Source: Proteromonas lacertae (taxonomy: Eukaryota). From it: a stretch of DNA of 64,000 nt. Positions 13,001-26,677 of the stretch are shown piece by piece. Position numbers and translations under genes: made by a program. Every line of letters starts with the position of its first letter. The first letter of the stretch is position 1. Below the pieces are notes generated by a model. It did no database searches. It had not been told where the DNA came from and saw only the letters and a program-made list of their open reading frames with translations. Location of the stretch: positions 124,001 to 188,000 of the forward strand of contig NGBS01000873.1 in NCBI GenBank assembly GCA_002245135.1, written 5' to 3'.

Positions 13001-15767
13001 TTATATATAATGATAGTGTGTTTACTTTCTTACTGATAATCCTATAGAGAATATTTTTGACAATAAATATGATGATGATAAAGAAAGCGAAGATGATGAT
13101 GTGGTGTATAAGAGTGAAGGAGGATTAGATCAGAATAGAAAGTTGGTAATTGATTGTAGAGGTCATTTAATAACAGATAATGATGATAATAATAATAATA
13201 ATGGTGAAACAATTATTCAAACTCCATCAATCATCACAGCATCTTGGATTAGTTGTAGAGAATGTTCGATGTTAATATCATATTTTATACAATCTTATAC
13301 TTCTAATGGTATATATATATATATATATATATTACCTGTTTATATTATTCTTATAGATATAATATCAAATGAAATATTGATGAAATGTTCAAATATTATC
13401 ATTTCATCACTTCTGACTATTAAACATCTTGGAGCTATTTTGTATATCTCTGAATCACTTGAGTTGTTAGTAAAGTCTTTATTACAATCAAAGAACAATG
13501 AAATATCAAAGTATATAATGATTGGTTGTTAATATTATGTGATTAGATTACCATCTTATTGGTTAAAAGAGTTACTCAACAACACTAAACTGCACAGAAT
13601 CAGATTCATTTTAAGAAGAAGTGTTGGTTATGTAAAGTCATTAATATCAATACTAAAAGCAGAAAAACCTAATTCAAGACATGAATTACTTTGTAATACA
13701 ATAGAATATATAATAACTTCATTAAAGGAAGAATCGGATGATAATTGGAAGATAAAAGTACATTCATTGAATGTATTGAAAGGAATAGTGAGTAATTCGA
13801 ATTTAGCAGCTTATCTATCTGATTATTATTCAGAATTGTTTATAATATCAGTTAATGGGTTTAATTCAGAAATGTATAATGTTAAAATTTGTAATATATC
13901 TCAAATAGATGGTCAATAAAGAATTCTTCACTGATGTTATTCACTGCAATAATTCTTAGAATGATTAGTACAAATAAATATCAACAAAACCTTAATAATG
14001 ATTCAAAATCAAATTATAATTACTCATTTTCACAGTTCTTTAATTCTTATCCAACATTATACAATTATTTATTAAATTACTTCAATGAGATTAAACAGAG
14101 TAATAAACAAAATGATTTATCCATTTACCCTCTTATTCTATTACTCTCTCATTTAAAATCTGATTGTTTAGATAATAGTAATACAAAATATTCATCATTA
14201 GATTATTTCAATGGAATTACACCAATAGGAAAGAGTAATAATGAAATGATAAGAATAATTACTTCTAAATCACTTGTATATACGATTATATTATTTTGTA
14301 TTGTTATAGAAACCACTCCTATCTAAGTCAAATCTTTATATTATTTTCCCATCACTTTATGAAAAATTTTATCAATGCTTTAAAGATGGAAATACCAATT
14401 ATAGTCATGGTTTACTATTACAAATACATGAATGCTTTGATTATTGTGTGAATAACAATCTATATAGTAAAGATAAAAGAATAGATTGTTATTTATTGTT
14501 TTTTATTAGAAATATAAGTATGGATTTGATTAAACCAAATATAAAGTGTTATTCTATTCGTGTTGTAATAGTAAAGATATTAAAAACCTTTTACTCCATT
14601 TATAATGAAGAATCTGTGGAAATTGTGAATATAAAGAGAGTCATAAACACCATCTTAGGTGAAGAAATAATCAATAATATTAACATAGATAATGATTGTG
14701 TTGATTATATGTTATTCTGTAAATCAATTATAGATATGTATATTGAAATGAATAATAGTGACAAGTGTATATCATCATCCTCTTTCTTAAATACTGTTTT
14801 GCAGTTAACAATATCATTAAGAACAGATATCCGATTATATACTACGCAAAGAATTAAGAAACTGTTCAAGAGTAGAGAATTAGATGATGTGATAGCTAAA
14901 ACATTAATATTACCCATACTAAATAGTGTAGAGAATGAAAAATATCACGTAATTCCTCATAAATTTCACTTATTAAATCGAATTGTTATTAATACTTCAA
15001 AAGAAACGTTATTGGTTATAATGAACGAATCAATTGAAGTAATACAATCATATATAAATATTTTAATAAAGAATGGGAATAATAATAACTCTAGCAAAAT
15101 CATAAGAAGGTTTTTGGAGTTTGTTTGTTCTTTTTTATGTTTTTTAGATGAGTTGAAAAGTTATACTGAATTGCTGAATTCTCTTTGTGATATTATGTTA
15201 AAGAATGTAAATGATTCTGTGTATATTCGTTATTCAATAAGTCAGTTGATAAAAATATTCATTCCTAATGGTGTTAATGATTCATTTTTCAAAACATATT
15301 TGAAATTGACATTGAATTTAATAGATGATGATAATGAATTAGTTCGTGAGAATATAAACAAATCTTTGGTTATATTTTTAAACAAACAACGACAACAACA
15401 AACAGGAGAAAAGAAAATATTGTTCAATCCAAATAATGTTGAAGAATTATTTTACTATTTCTTGTCTAGTGTAAAAGTTGATAAAGAAATAATGAAAATA
15501 GTCTTAGATCCTTTATATGAAGAATGGAAAAGTTTGTCTAACAATCATGAAACTGACTATATTGTGTATGATAAAGATGAAGATAGCTTTTATTCAGAGA
15601 AATATTACAAATTTTTAAATATTCTTTATTGTTACAATAATTGGAAGAATAGTGAAATTAATATAGCAGAAGAAATGAGAAAAACTGCTAATAAAGTTAT
15701 AGAGAATATAAAAGCTGATAGATACAATGTAGGGATTTATTATGCAAAATTAATATTAAATGAATAA
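10053..15767 (+). CDS. THADA: THADA/Trm732-like ARM/HEAT protein (tRNA 2'-O-methylation cofactor)
   Basis: Multi-exon HEAT-like protein with DUF2428-type motifs IDCRGH, SWISCRE, KHLGAI, LRRSVG, VHSLNVL, W.IKNSS.MLF and IYPLILLLSHL. The 3' end may extend to ~15990. Confidence 0.85.
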
Positions 15768-16034
15768 GAAATGGTTTTTAAATATTTATTTGTTTGTTTC
15801 AAACAATACTCGACAGCTTCAATATATCATTATCAATACTTTCATTTCAGGGAAATTTTACTTTTTGGAATGATTCTTGAAAATTATTCGCTTCATATTC
15901 ATTCAAATCAGTTACGTCTAATAAATCATGAATGAAAAATAATTTGAAGAAATAATAATCTAAAATAGATTCTTTCATATATGGTAAATATAATAGCTAA
16001 TTTATTAGACACATAATCAATAACAGACATATTA

Positions 16035-17725
16035 TTATTTATTTATAGTATTTTCTAATTGTTTTATCTTATCAAAACTATCATTCAATGTAGTTTTCAT
16101 TATTGGAATACCATAATATGACTGTGGACTTACACCATTTACTTTAATAATTACATAATCACCTTTATTAATTACACTATTATCTACTGATGTTTTATTT
16201 CCATGTATAACACACATTTTATTTCCTTCATATTTACCTATATACTGAACATTATCTTCACTAGATCTTTTACTATTTCTTTCTACTAACACAGTACAAT
16301 AACGACCAATCATCTTCTTTCCATTATTCAAAGATATTTCATTTTGCATTGTGTTTATTTCATTTAATCTTTTCAATTTTACTTCTTTTGGTAAATCATT
16401 ATCTTTGTAATGTTTAAATGCGTATGTATGCTCTCTCATTGAATAGGCAAATCTATATACTTGATCATACTTTACATATTTTAATAAACGATACGGTATC
16501 TTGATGTTCTTCTTCAGTTTCACCACAAAATCCACATATTAAATCTGTTTCTAAATATATATTTGGAATTTTCTATTTAAAACAACACAATTATAAATAA
16601 GAATTATACTGCTTTTATTGTATCAATCAGATTAATATAATTTTCTCTTGTATAACCTCTATTCATTCTTTTCAATACATTTGTATTACCACTTTGAACA
16701 GGTAATTGTAAGCTATTACAAATGTTGTGAGTATCTTTGATCAAATCAATTAATTTCATTGGAAAGTCTTTTGGATGAGGAGAAATAAACCTAATTCTTA
16801 CTTCAGGAGATAAATCTGATAATTCTTTTAATAAATGAACAAATCTATATCCTTTATCAATATTGTTTTTATAATTACTTGTAAAACCTGGTGTTAGTTC
16901 ATATTCACTTTCTACATCACCACTTCTATTTATATAATACAATTATTTGTAAAAATTATACATATCATGATAAGAATTAACATTCTGTCCTAACAGTATC
17001 AATTCTTTATATCCTCTATCTATTAAACCTTTTGCTTCATTGATTATAGATTGTAGTTTTCTACTACTTTCTCTTCCTCTTGTATATGGAACAATACAGT
17101 ATGAACACATGTTATTACAACCTCTCATTATTGGTATATAGGTTGAAACATTGTTTTCTAAATGTCTATCTGGTACTATATTATCATAATGTTGATATTC
17201 TGGTTTTATGTTGATATATTTTGGTGATTTAACAATTTCTGATAAATGTTGGTATTGATCAGGTCCTAGAACGATGTCTGCACCTTCATTCAGCAATTTT
17301 TCCTTTAAATGACGAGTCATGCAACCTAGTATACCTATCAAATGTGGATCTCCAGTCATTTTTCGTCTTTCATTCAATTGTGTAATTCTTTGTAATACTT
17401 TGTTTTCAGCATGTTCTCTTACGGCACATGTATTTAATAGAACAATATCAGCATTATCATGTTCTATTTCAGTAAAACCATTCGCATTGAGAATTGAACG
17501 AACTACATTGCTATCAGACAAATTCATTTGACATCCATATGTTTTTAGAAAATATGTCTTTGGAACATAAATAATAGTAGTATCAGCAACACTAGAAGAC
17601 TATTATTAATGAATTAGTGAAAATACTGAGATAAATTTCACATCAATGGGGAATTTATTTAATAAAAAAGGTTTTGATAATGATTTTAATCTAGATAAAC
17701 TCCTTGATCGAGAAAAAAATGACAT
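16035..17725 (-). CDS. CDK5RAP1: Mitochondrial tRNA methylthiotransferase (CDK5RAP1/MiaB; UPF0004 + radical SAM + TRAM)
   Basis: [32 protein letters not shown] (CxxxCxxC), [17 protein letters not shown] and a C-terminal TRAM domain; N-terminus [14 protein letters not shown] is presequence-like. Confidence 0.92.
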
Positions 17726-17798
17726 TTAAATGTTTGTAATTCACTATATAACGACATTATTTATTATTTGATTATGATTTGAAAAAGCAATAAGAAAA

Positions 17799-19172
17799 AT
17801 GAATAATAGAAATCAGAATGAATATTATAATAACAGAAGACCATACAATCAACAAAATAATCAAAGGCAGCAATATGGTAACCAGCAAAGATATAATAAT
17901 ATCAACAATAACAACAATTATCGAAATAACCAGAATCAAAGGAACAATAATTACCAGAATAACAATAGAAATATGCAACAGAATAATGGAAATCAATTCA
18001 GACAACAAAATCAGAGGTATAACCAACATAATTATCACAACCTTCAACAAATACAACAACAACAACAGCAACAACAGCAACAACAAATGATATTACAATA
18101 TAACAGTAATCAAGAGTTACTTTGGTTAAAATCATTTTTAGAAAAACATTTAGTAGAATCAATTGATTATACATCAGGTAAGTTAAAGAAAGATCCATTG
18201 AAGAAAGAATGGACAAAATTGAAAATTATGAATGAATTATCAAACATACAAACATCACTTAAACATTTAAATGAATCTCTTTCAACTCTATCATCAGAGA
18301 ATATAGATAAAATGAATGAATTTAATTTTGAATTGGATAAAGTAGAAAAGAACTTAAATGAAATATCAGATCCTAAAATATTAGAAATTGTAAAAGACAA
18401 AATAAAACAATCTTTGAAAAAGAAAATGTGGAAAAAGAAAAGAGAAAAAATATTAAAAGCAGAAAGAGCAGTTGCAAGAGCTTTAAAACAAAAAAGAGAA
18501 AAGTATTTATTATTATTATTACTTATTACTTATTAAAATAGAGATATTGATGAATATTATACACAAATGAGAAAAGAAGAATTAGAAGAAATGAAAAAGA
18601 AAGAAGAATTAGCAAAGAAGAAGAAAGAAGAAGAAGAAGAGAATAAAATGAAAGAAAAACGAAAGAATTTTGAGATGTTAATAATGAAAATGATTGAATT
18701 AAGAGATATTAGAAGGCAAAAACAGAATATGACGAATGTGCCATATAAAGATACAAATGAATTCTTTTTATTAAAGCAAAATTATTACACTTATTTAAAA
18801 GAAAAAGAAATGAAAGATGAGAAAGAAAGACTAGCAAAATTAGATAGAAAACAACAACAACAACAACAACCAATGAATAGATTAAGAAGACAATTAGATA
18901 CAATATCTGTAGAAGATCCAGTTGCTTATTATTATCAAGCTGAAAAGGATATAAATGATTTAATAAAGATAAGAAGAGAATGGGATGAGTATATAGTTCC
19001 AGAAGGTACTGTTGGTAGTAGTAAAGTACCTTGGGCATTTGTTGAACCTCCTATTCCATCTAATTATATTTGGGAGTCGTATTTATTAGCTGAACCAAAA
19101 GATGTTGTAAATGAGGTAGAAAAAGATGGTGGTAGTGTAAAAAAAAACATAGATAATGAAGAAAATAAATAA
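17799..19172 (+). CDS. PDCD7: PDCD7-like, U11/U12 snRNP 59 kDa protein
   Basis: N/Q-rich N-terminus, coiled coil, and the C-terminal signature YYQAEKDINDLIKIRREWDEYIVPEGTVGSSKVPWAFVEPPIPSNYIWESYL; intron ~18503-18541. Confidence 0.8.
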
Positions 19173-19309
19173 TTATTTAATTTATATGGAGTGTATTTAG
19201 TGTGGGGGAAATATATTCAATTGAAAATGAACATTAAAAAAAAAGGATAAAAATATATACATACATACATAAATATACATATACATGTATATTACACAAT
19301 AAACAGCAA

Positions 19310-19797
19310 TCATTCTTTTGAAAATGATGGATGATTAATAACTACTGCTCTAATAAAACCAATAGAGAATATTTCAATATACTTATTCAACACACATATC
19401 CATTTATCTTTCTCCTCTTCAATTTCAGAATATATAAGATATCTTTCATCTTTCAACTGTAATTCAATACAATTTCTATTCATAACAACAAAATTATATC
19501 ATACGGTTTATTAGATGTTGTTAAGTGTTTGATAGAAGTACAATCAGATAAATTTATTACACCGTGAGGTTTTGTCTAAATAAATACATATAAGAACAAA
19601 AACAATACATTTGGACCTTTTGAAAAATACAATTTATTGCCCAAAAGAAAGAAATATCTTAGCCTCCACTGTTTTAACCACATACCTAAAAAATTTAACA
19701 CATAAACACATAAAATACTCTGTTTAATCAAATAACCTGAGTAATCGGGTTGAAAATCAGCAGCAAAAATATCTATAGTCTTTTTATTTTCATTCAT
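19310..19797 (-). CDS. Small single-PH-domain protein (5 exons)
   Basis: Spliced translation GYLIKQSMWLKQWRLRYFFL.GNKLYF…PHGVINLSDC…NCIEL…EEEKDKWICVLNKA. Confidence 0.85.
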
Positions 19798-19894
19798 ATA
19801 TCACAAAAAACAATTTAAAAGGTTGGAGGTAAATTACGATGTCATAAATTATCATTTTTACCACATTTTGACATTTATAATTACATTTCTAAAA

Positions 19895-21538
19895 ATGGAT
19901 AATGAAGAGATAATTATTCTTGATTTTGGCTCTCAATACAGTCATCTGATCGCTAGAAGACTTAGGGGTATGAAAATTCTACTTAATACCTAGAATTGAA
20001 TATCTATTGTGAATTATTAACTTGTTTAGTGAAGGTAGATGAGTTTAAAGAAAGAAAAGGAATAAAGGTATTTGTTCTGTTATTATTCAATATAGGGAGT
20101 CATTTTTTCAGGAGGTCCTTGTGGAATTTATGAAGAAAACGCTCCTCATGTTGATACTGAAGTTTGGAATTACATAGCTGAACATAAATTACCGATTTTA
20201 GGTATATGCTACGGTTTACAAGAGATTATCTATAAATTTGGAGGTAAAGTAGAAGCTACTAAAAAGAGAGAATATGGTAAAGCTGAATTAATACAATTAC
20301 CTTTAGAAGGAGATATAAAGAAAGGAGCAGAAGCCCTGTTTACTGGTGTATCGAATAAAACTCAAGTCTGGATGAGTCATGGAGATAAAATCAATGAAAT
20401 TCCACCAAATTACGTTGATATTGGTACAACTTCCAACTCAAACCATGCATGTATAATGAATTTAAATGAAAGAATCTATGGTATTCAATTCCATCCGGAA
20501 GTTACACACACTTTAGAAGGCAAAATATTATTAAAGAATTTCGCTATTGGAATATGTAATTGTAAAGCCACTTGGAACATGGGTTCTTTCCATGAAAATA
20601 TAATTAAGTCAATTCGTGAAAAAGTAGGTGATAGTCATGTAATAGGTGCAGTTAGTGGTGGAGTAGATAGTACAGTCGCAGCATTATTAATGAACGAAGC
20701 AATTGGTAAACAATTCCATGCAATATTAGTGGATAATGGATTATTAAGAAAAGATGAAGCAAATCAAGTAATGATAAGATTAACAAAAGATGGAATAGAT
20801 TTAAGAACTGTAGATAAAAGTGATTTATTCTTAGACTTATTAAAAGATGTAAGTGATCCAGAAAAGAAGAGAAAAATTATAGGAAATACATTCATAGATG
20901 TATTTGAAGAAGAATCAAAGAAAGTTGAAGAATCAATCGGTAAGAAAGCTGATTTCTTATTACAAGGTACATTATATCCAGATGTTATAGAATCTACCAG
21001 TTTTAGAGGACCAAGTGCAACAATTAAGAGTCATCACAATGTCGGTGGATTGAAAGACAAAATGAAGTTGAAATTGATAGAACCACTTCGTGAGTTATTT
21101 AAAGATGAAGTAAGAGCATTAGGTCGTGAGTTAGGTTTAGATGAGAAATCTGTAAGTAGACATCCTTTCCCAGGACCAGGTTTAGCTATTAGATGTATTG
21201 GTGATATTAAAAAAGAATATTTAGATATTATCAGAGAAGCCGATGATATATTAATCTCTGAATTACATGAAAGTGGTGATTATTATAAAATTGGTCAAGC
21301 ATTGTGTGTGTTATTACCAATAAAATCTGTTGGAGTGATGGGAGATTGTAGAACTTATGAAAAAGCAATTGCTTTGAGAATTGTTCAAACAACTGATTTT
21401 ATGACAGCTGATTGGTATAGAATTGATTATGATTTATTGGGTAAAATCAGTAATAGAATATTAAACGAGGTTCATGGTGTTAACAGAGTTGTTTATGATA
21501 TTTCATCAAAACCTCCAAGTACAATTGAATGGGAATAA
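19895..21538 (+). CDS. GMPS: GMP synthase (glutamine-hydrolysing)
   Basis: [49 protein letters not shown] and KPPSTIEWE; two 5' introns. Confidence 0.97.
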
Positions 21539-21651
21539 TTTGATAAATTTTATTTTATTTTGTATTGTTGATTTGCTATTTTATGTTTTAAACATTCTTC
21601 AAATTTTTTGTGTGTTGCAAAATAAATTTTGAATAACCATATATTTTAAAA

Positions 21652-22870
21652 ATGTCTTCAAAAGACATTCTATATCATAAAAAAATCAGGAAAATACTTG
21701 TAGAACATTCTAGTGAGTATATATTGCATATAAATGAATTAGAGCCTTAACACCAAAGAAAGTAAGAACATATCTTGCTAAAGAGTTAAATCTACCACCA
21801 AGTGAATTAGAATCAATAAAAACTTACATATCTACTGTAACTGCTGTATATATAATCTATGCATACCATAGAGTGAAGTTGAACAATTAAACGCTTTAAA
21901 GAACAATCCTCTTACTAGAGCAAAAAGACAAGCAGCTAGATATGTATATATTTAGAATAATATATATATATATTATGAAATAGATATCAAAAGCTCAATC
22001 ATCTCCATATTTTAACTTTTTGAATGAATACAGAGTAATTCTTAAAGCACAAGATCCATGTAAATATACTTATCTATATTAATTTTGTTAGTATTATCAA
22101 TGAGTGCTTTGAATGAGATATGTCTGTCAAAATGGAAAGCAATGTCTGAAGAAGAAAAGAATAAATACAATACAACTATAAAACAGAGTAATATTCAAGG
22201 AGGAGGTAGTGAGATATACGATGAAACAAAATATATTGAACATTACTTAATAAGAAGTGGTTTTCATCAATTCTATGAAATTAACAGTAACCAACTGATA
22301 ATATCATTTCAGGATGTAACTCCAAAAGAATTGTATGATGTATGTACAAACAGATGGAATAATTTAACGAAAGAACAAAGAATAGTATATATATCTATAT
22401 TTATATAAATATAAATAGATGTATAATAATCGATCTACAGTCAATGTTCAAGATGATGCATTTGAGTATAAATATAATATTTGATATAATTATTATAATA
22501 ATTTTTAGATCAACAATTCCACCATTACCTCGTTCTCCTTATTATGTATATCTTCAAAGTCAAAAAGATGAAATGATAAAATTATATCCAAGTATAATAA
22601 TTATAGTTTGTTATTAAATAGATAATACATTAATTGATATAGAAAAGATAATATTTGAAAATTGGAAGAGGTTAGATGAATCAAAAAGACAAGATTATTA
22701 TTTACGTTCACAGCAAGAACAAGATCAATATCCACTTACAGTTACACAATGGAAATATGAATTGTATTGAATAATTACATTTTATTATTTTTGTTTTTTT
22801 AGCCCTGAAATACAAAGAAGAATTTTAAAGTTAAAGAATTGTTTAAATAATTATACTGAATATCATTCTG

Positions 22871-22905
<35 letters not shown>

Positions 22906-23163
22906 AGCAATGTCTAGAGATGAATGCTTACATAGTTGGAGTTTAATGACAAATACCCAAAGAATTGTATTGTTTTTGTTGAGATTTATAAATAGAAATA
23001 TTCTGGTGATATAAAGAATTTGAATTTACCTTATGAAGACTTTTTACAATCAAAAGTTACATTTAATCCGTTTGTTCCTCTGTTTGTTCGATTTAAAGAT
23101 CCTCATTTCATTAATGTATATTTTATATTAATGATATTTTAATAGGATAGAGAAATATGGTAA
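21652..23163 (+). CDS. Multi-HMG-box protein with DEK-C-like N-terminus
   Basis: Many short exons; SPYFNFLNEYR…SKWKAMSEEEKNKY, SGFHQFY…RWNNLTKEQR and PRSPYYVY…WKRLDESKRQDY resemble repeated HMG boxes. Confidence 0.7.
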
Positions 23164-23427
23164 TTGTAAATATATATAATATATATATGTCTATGCATTT
23201 TTTGTTGATTTTTGAAATTAATATAAGAATACTATTTTCAACTGAATATACTATTTGCATCAGTTTTGTATACATCATCATTACAATTTCATAAAATTTT
23301 ATCATCAAAACACTAACTAACACTATCACTTACTATTTATCATTTGTATTATTACAAAGTATGCAATATACATTAATAAATCATAATAAAGTATAATTGT
23401 TTTTATCACGCCTTCTGCATATAAATT

Positions 23428-25630
23428 AAATCACATTTTAATTTTTGGGTTATTCAAAATTTTGATAAAAATCGAATTTCGTTATTTTTGTTATATATTT
23501 ACATAAAGATGATAATAAAAGTAAATAAAAGCATAAGAGAAGAGGGGTATTTTTTATATTTATTTTTATGATAGATTATGTCGAAAATTGGTCGAAAGTG
23601 GTTTTGGTGATATAGAAGTGAAAATTGGAGATAGCCGAATAATGTCAATCAAGTCAATTTTAGTGAATGGAAATGAAACTGTAAAGAAACTGTTGTTAGA
23701 TCGTGAGTTTGTTGGAGTTTTAGAGTTATATGAAGAAATCGAAGAAATTGGCTATTATGAGATGGAGAAATACTACAGTGGTGGTGAACTGATAATCTGT
23801 AAAGAGAATGTGATGTGAAGTGTTGATGTTTTGTTTATGTTATTGTGAAAAAGAGATAATAAATGATTGTTATGAATTTGTGAAAGAATAATATAGATGA
23901 TGAAGTATTAATGAAATTAATTCATATCTGTAATGTATTTGGTGGATGTCTGAGAGAGATAGAAGACTTGAAAAATATGGAAATAGAAAAGCGAGGATAT
24001 AAATATTTATATAAGAATGAATATTTGTTGAGATTAGAAATGAATAATTTGAGTAGAGATATTAAATATGAGAGATGTGATAATAGTGAATGAATTATGG
24101 TTATTAAATCGTTTATTAGAATGGTATAAATTCCAAAAGAATAAGAAAGATAATAAAGAGATAGAAGATGATTTCAAACATTTGATAGAAGAAGATATCG
24201 ATTGTGAAAAGATAAAAGAGAAAAAGATAGAAAAAGAGAATAAAGAAATGTTAAAAGAAATGAATATAAAATTAAAGAAAAATGAATGTAAAAATCATAT
24301 AGAAATATATTGTATAAAAGATGAGAGAATTCAAAATGTGATAATCAACAAATACAATGAAGATAATAAAGAAGAAGACTTTAATGAAGAAGAAAGAAGA
24401 ATATTGGATAAGATGAAAGAAGAAGAATTGAATGATGAAATACTGTGTATATTAGAAATGAATAATATAAAAATGATGGAAATAGTATTGATGATAATGA
24501 AATATAAAAATATGAAAATGGAAAGTATAAATACTAAAAATATATTTAAATAGAATATATCTCAAATATAGAAAAGAGAAATCTATTGGATAGATTATGT
24601 ATAGAATATAATGAGAGTAAAAGAAATCGAACAATGAAATGTTTATATTTGTTTGTTGATGATAAGAAGAATATTTCAATAATAGGAAGAAGTATGTGGA
24701 AAAGAGATTCTTTTCAGAATATTGAATGAAGATTATTATTTAATCTCCAAATCCATAGAATTAGTAATAGAATATATAAAAGAGAATAAATTGAGTTTTG
24801 AAGAAGATGAAGAAATGATTGTAATAATGAAAGATAAAGAATTATTGAAAGAATTAAAAACAAAAGAAATCACATCATTTTCATATCCTCAATCAGAATA
24901 TTCATTTATATTAGATGAAGAAATGTCAATAATTCCATTATTTGATGGAAATCGATGTGAATTTTCAATAAATCCTTCATTGCCAGATGGAATAATGATA
25001 AATAAAGAAAATGGAATAATTAATGGAAAAGTGAATAAAGAAATCGAAAAGAGAGAATATGAAATAAGTTGTAAGAATATTGTAAATGAAAAGAAATTCA
25101 AAATATCATTAGAGTTTGTTGATGTAAAATTTACAGAATTAAACAAAAGTAGAGGAATATCAATATCAAATAATGGAAAAACAATAACAAATGCAAATTA
25201 TGACTATTATCATTGTTATTTGAATTTGATAATGGAAAATGGAGTTTATCATATCAAATATCAATTTCATCAAAATAGAAATTATTATGATGGTATGATG
25301 TTAGGATTATCAACTAATAATACATATTCTGGTAATCATATTTATTATCAATCAACAACATGTAATTATGCTGCTTGGAATGGTAAAAGTCAAGATATAA
25401 CTGATTATTGTCATATTGGAAGAGTTGTTAATTCAAAATCCAAATTTCAATAATCATGGAGATGGTTCAATTTATGAAGTGATTGTTGATATGAATAAAA
25501 GAGAATTTTGGATTAAGTCATAATAATTCATCTCCTGTTTTACTTGTTAAAGATTTACCTTCTCCATTTATATCCATATGCTGAATTATATGGTGAAAAC
25601 ACTTCAGTTGAATTATTAGTCAGTTTCTCA
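23428..25630 (+). repeat. Dispersed ~2.2 kb duplication, near-identical to 61310-63520
   Basis: Both copies start at aaatcacattttaatttttgggttattcaaaattttgataaaaatc and share long identical stretches up to the stop-codon region. Confidence 0.95.
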
Positions 25631-25640
25631 TCATGATTAA
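23509..25640 (+). CDS. BTB/BACK-like + putative Ig (He_PIG-like) + SPRY/B30.2-like protein, copy 1
   Basis: ATG 23509, 28-nt intron 23547-23574, 29-nt intron ~24525-24553. FGDIEVKIG…KSIL (BTB-like), INPSLPDGIMINKENGIING (Ig-like), ISISNNGKTI…GVYH…MLG…VDMNKREFWI…LPSPLYPYAEL (SPRY-like). Several frameshifts, which could be errors or decay. Confidence 0.65.
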
Positions 25641-26677
25641 ATAATTTGCTATATTTATTATTTCGATATTTTTTAAATGAGAAAAAAAGAAATAAAGATA
25701 TAAAAATGGTGTTGTTTAAAATATAATTGATTTTATTCATTCAGAATATTTTTTTGTTTCAAACGCTACTATAGACATAATTGCATCAGCTGAGATGAAT
25801 AGAATGTGAAAATATCGATATTAAGGAAATTATAAATGGAAAAATGAAAATTGTGTTCAAGCCTCTTTCAAGCCTATTCTTCAAAAAATTGGAAATAGCC
25901 CAAAATGGTTAAATCGAATTAAAACTATATTATTGTATGGTTTTGTATGTTTACTATAGTATTTTGTTGTTATAGAAGGCAAGATATTATTTAAAACTTT
26001 AGTATTTTACACAATTTTGTGAATTTAGTTCTATAAATTATTGTAGGTTACGAAAGTTTGAATGAAATGTTTGAATAATCCAAAGAGAAGAATCTAAAGA
26101 AATATGCACATTTGATGTGAAGAATGAATAGAAGTCCAAAGAAATGGGATATTCATTTCCGCATAATTATAAAAGATATTAGAAAAAGCTACAAAACAAT
26201 AAAATAGAAATATGTGAAATTCAGTTGATTTATTCGAAGCTTATGATTTATGGTATTATTGGTTGATGGATTATAAAACAGTGACAATGAGTGGTGAAAT
26301 ATAATATTATCACAATTTCGCGGATTTCCTACAAAGATATGTTTATTTATGTAAACAGTGCTATAGGATGGTATTTAATATAGATGATGAAGTAGCTGAA
26401 GTAGTATTTTAAAGAGAATTATTTAAGAAAGATGTATTTGATAAAAAATTCGTTTTAAAAAACATGAAAAGGAAGTATTATTAATAGAAATTGCTATACA
26501 ATTTTATTGTTTTATATCTATTCTAAAACAGAATATTATGATATACTAAATTAGAACTTTGTTTTAAATTATTGAAAGAGCTTGTTTTTATGAAGAGTTT
26601 TCTATATTTTGTATTTGCAGATTTGAGTTTTCATGTGATTTATCTAGAAAGTCAATAACACATCATCAAACATATAT

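Noticed and set aside
15770..15800. TGTTTGTT near the THADA 3' end, as in Blastocystis polyadenylation-created stop codons
   Set aside because: Single occurrence, and the recognisable genes here have genomically encoded stop codons.
22875..22902. (TA)n microsatellites
   Set aside because: Ordinary intronic AT slippage, common throughout the window.
24525..24553. In-frame TAG shared by both BTB paralogs, suggesting stop-codon reassignment
   Set aside because: The TAG is the acceptor of a 29-nt GT-AG intron; conserved genes (GMPS, GalE, LSM7) end at standard stops.
23428..25640. Duplicated cassette as an autonomous transposon or retrocopy
   Set aside because: No transposase or reverse-transcriptase motifs, terminal repeats or poly-A tail, and the introns are retained.
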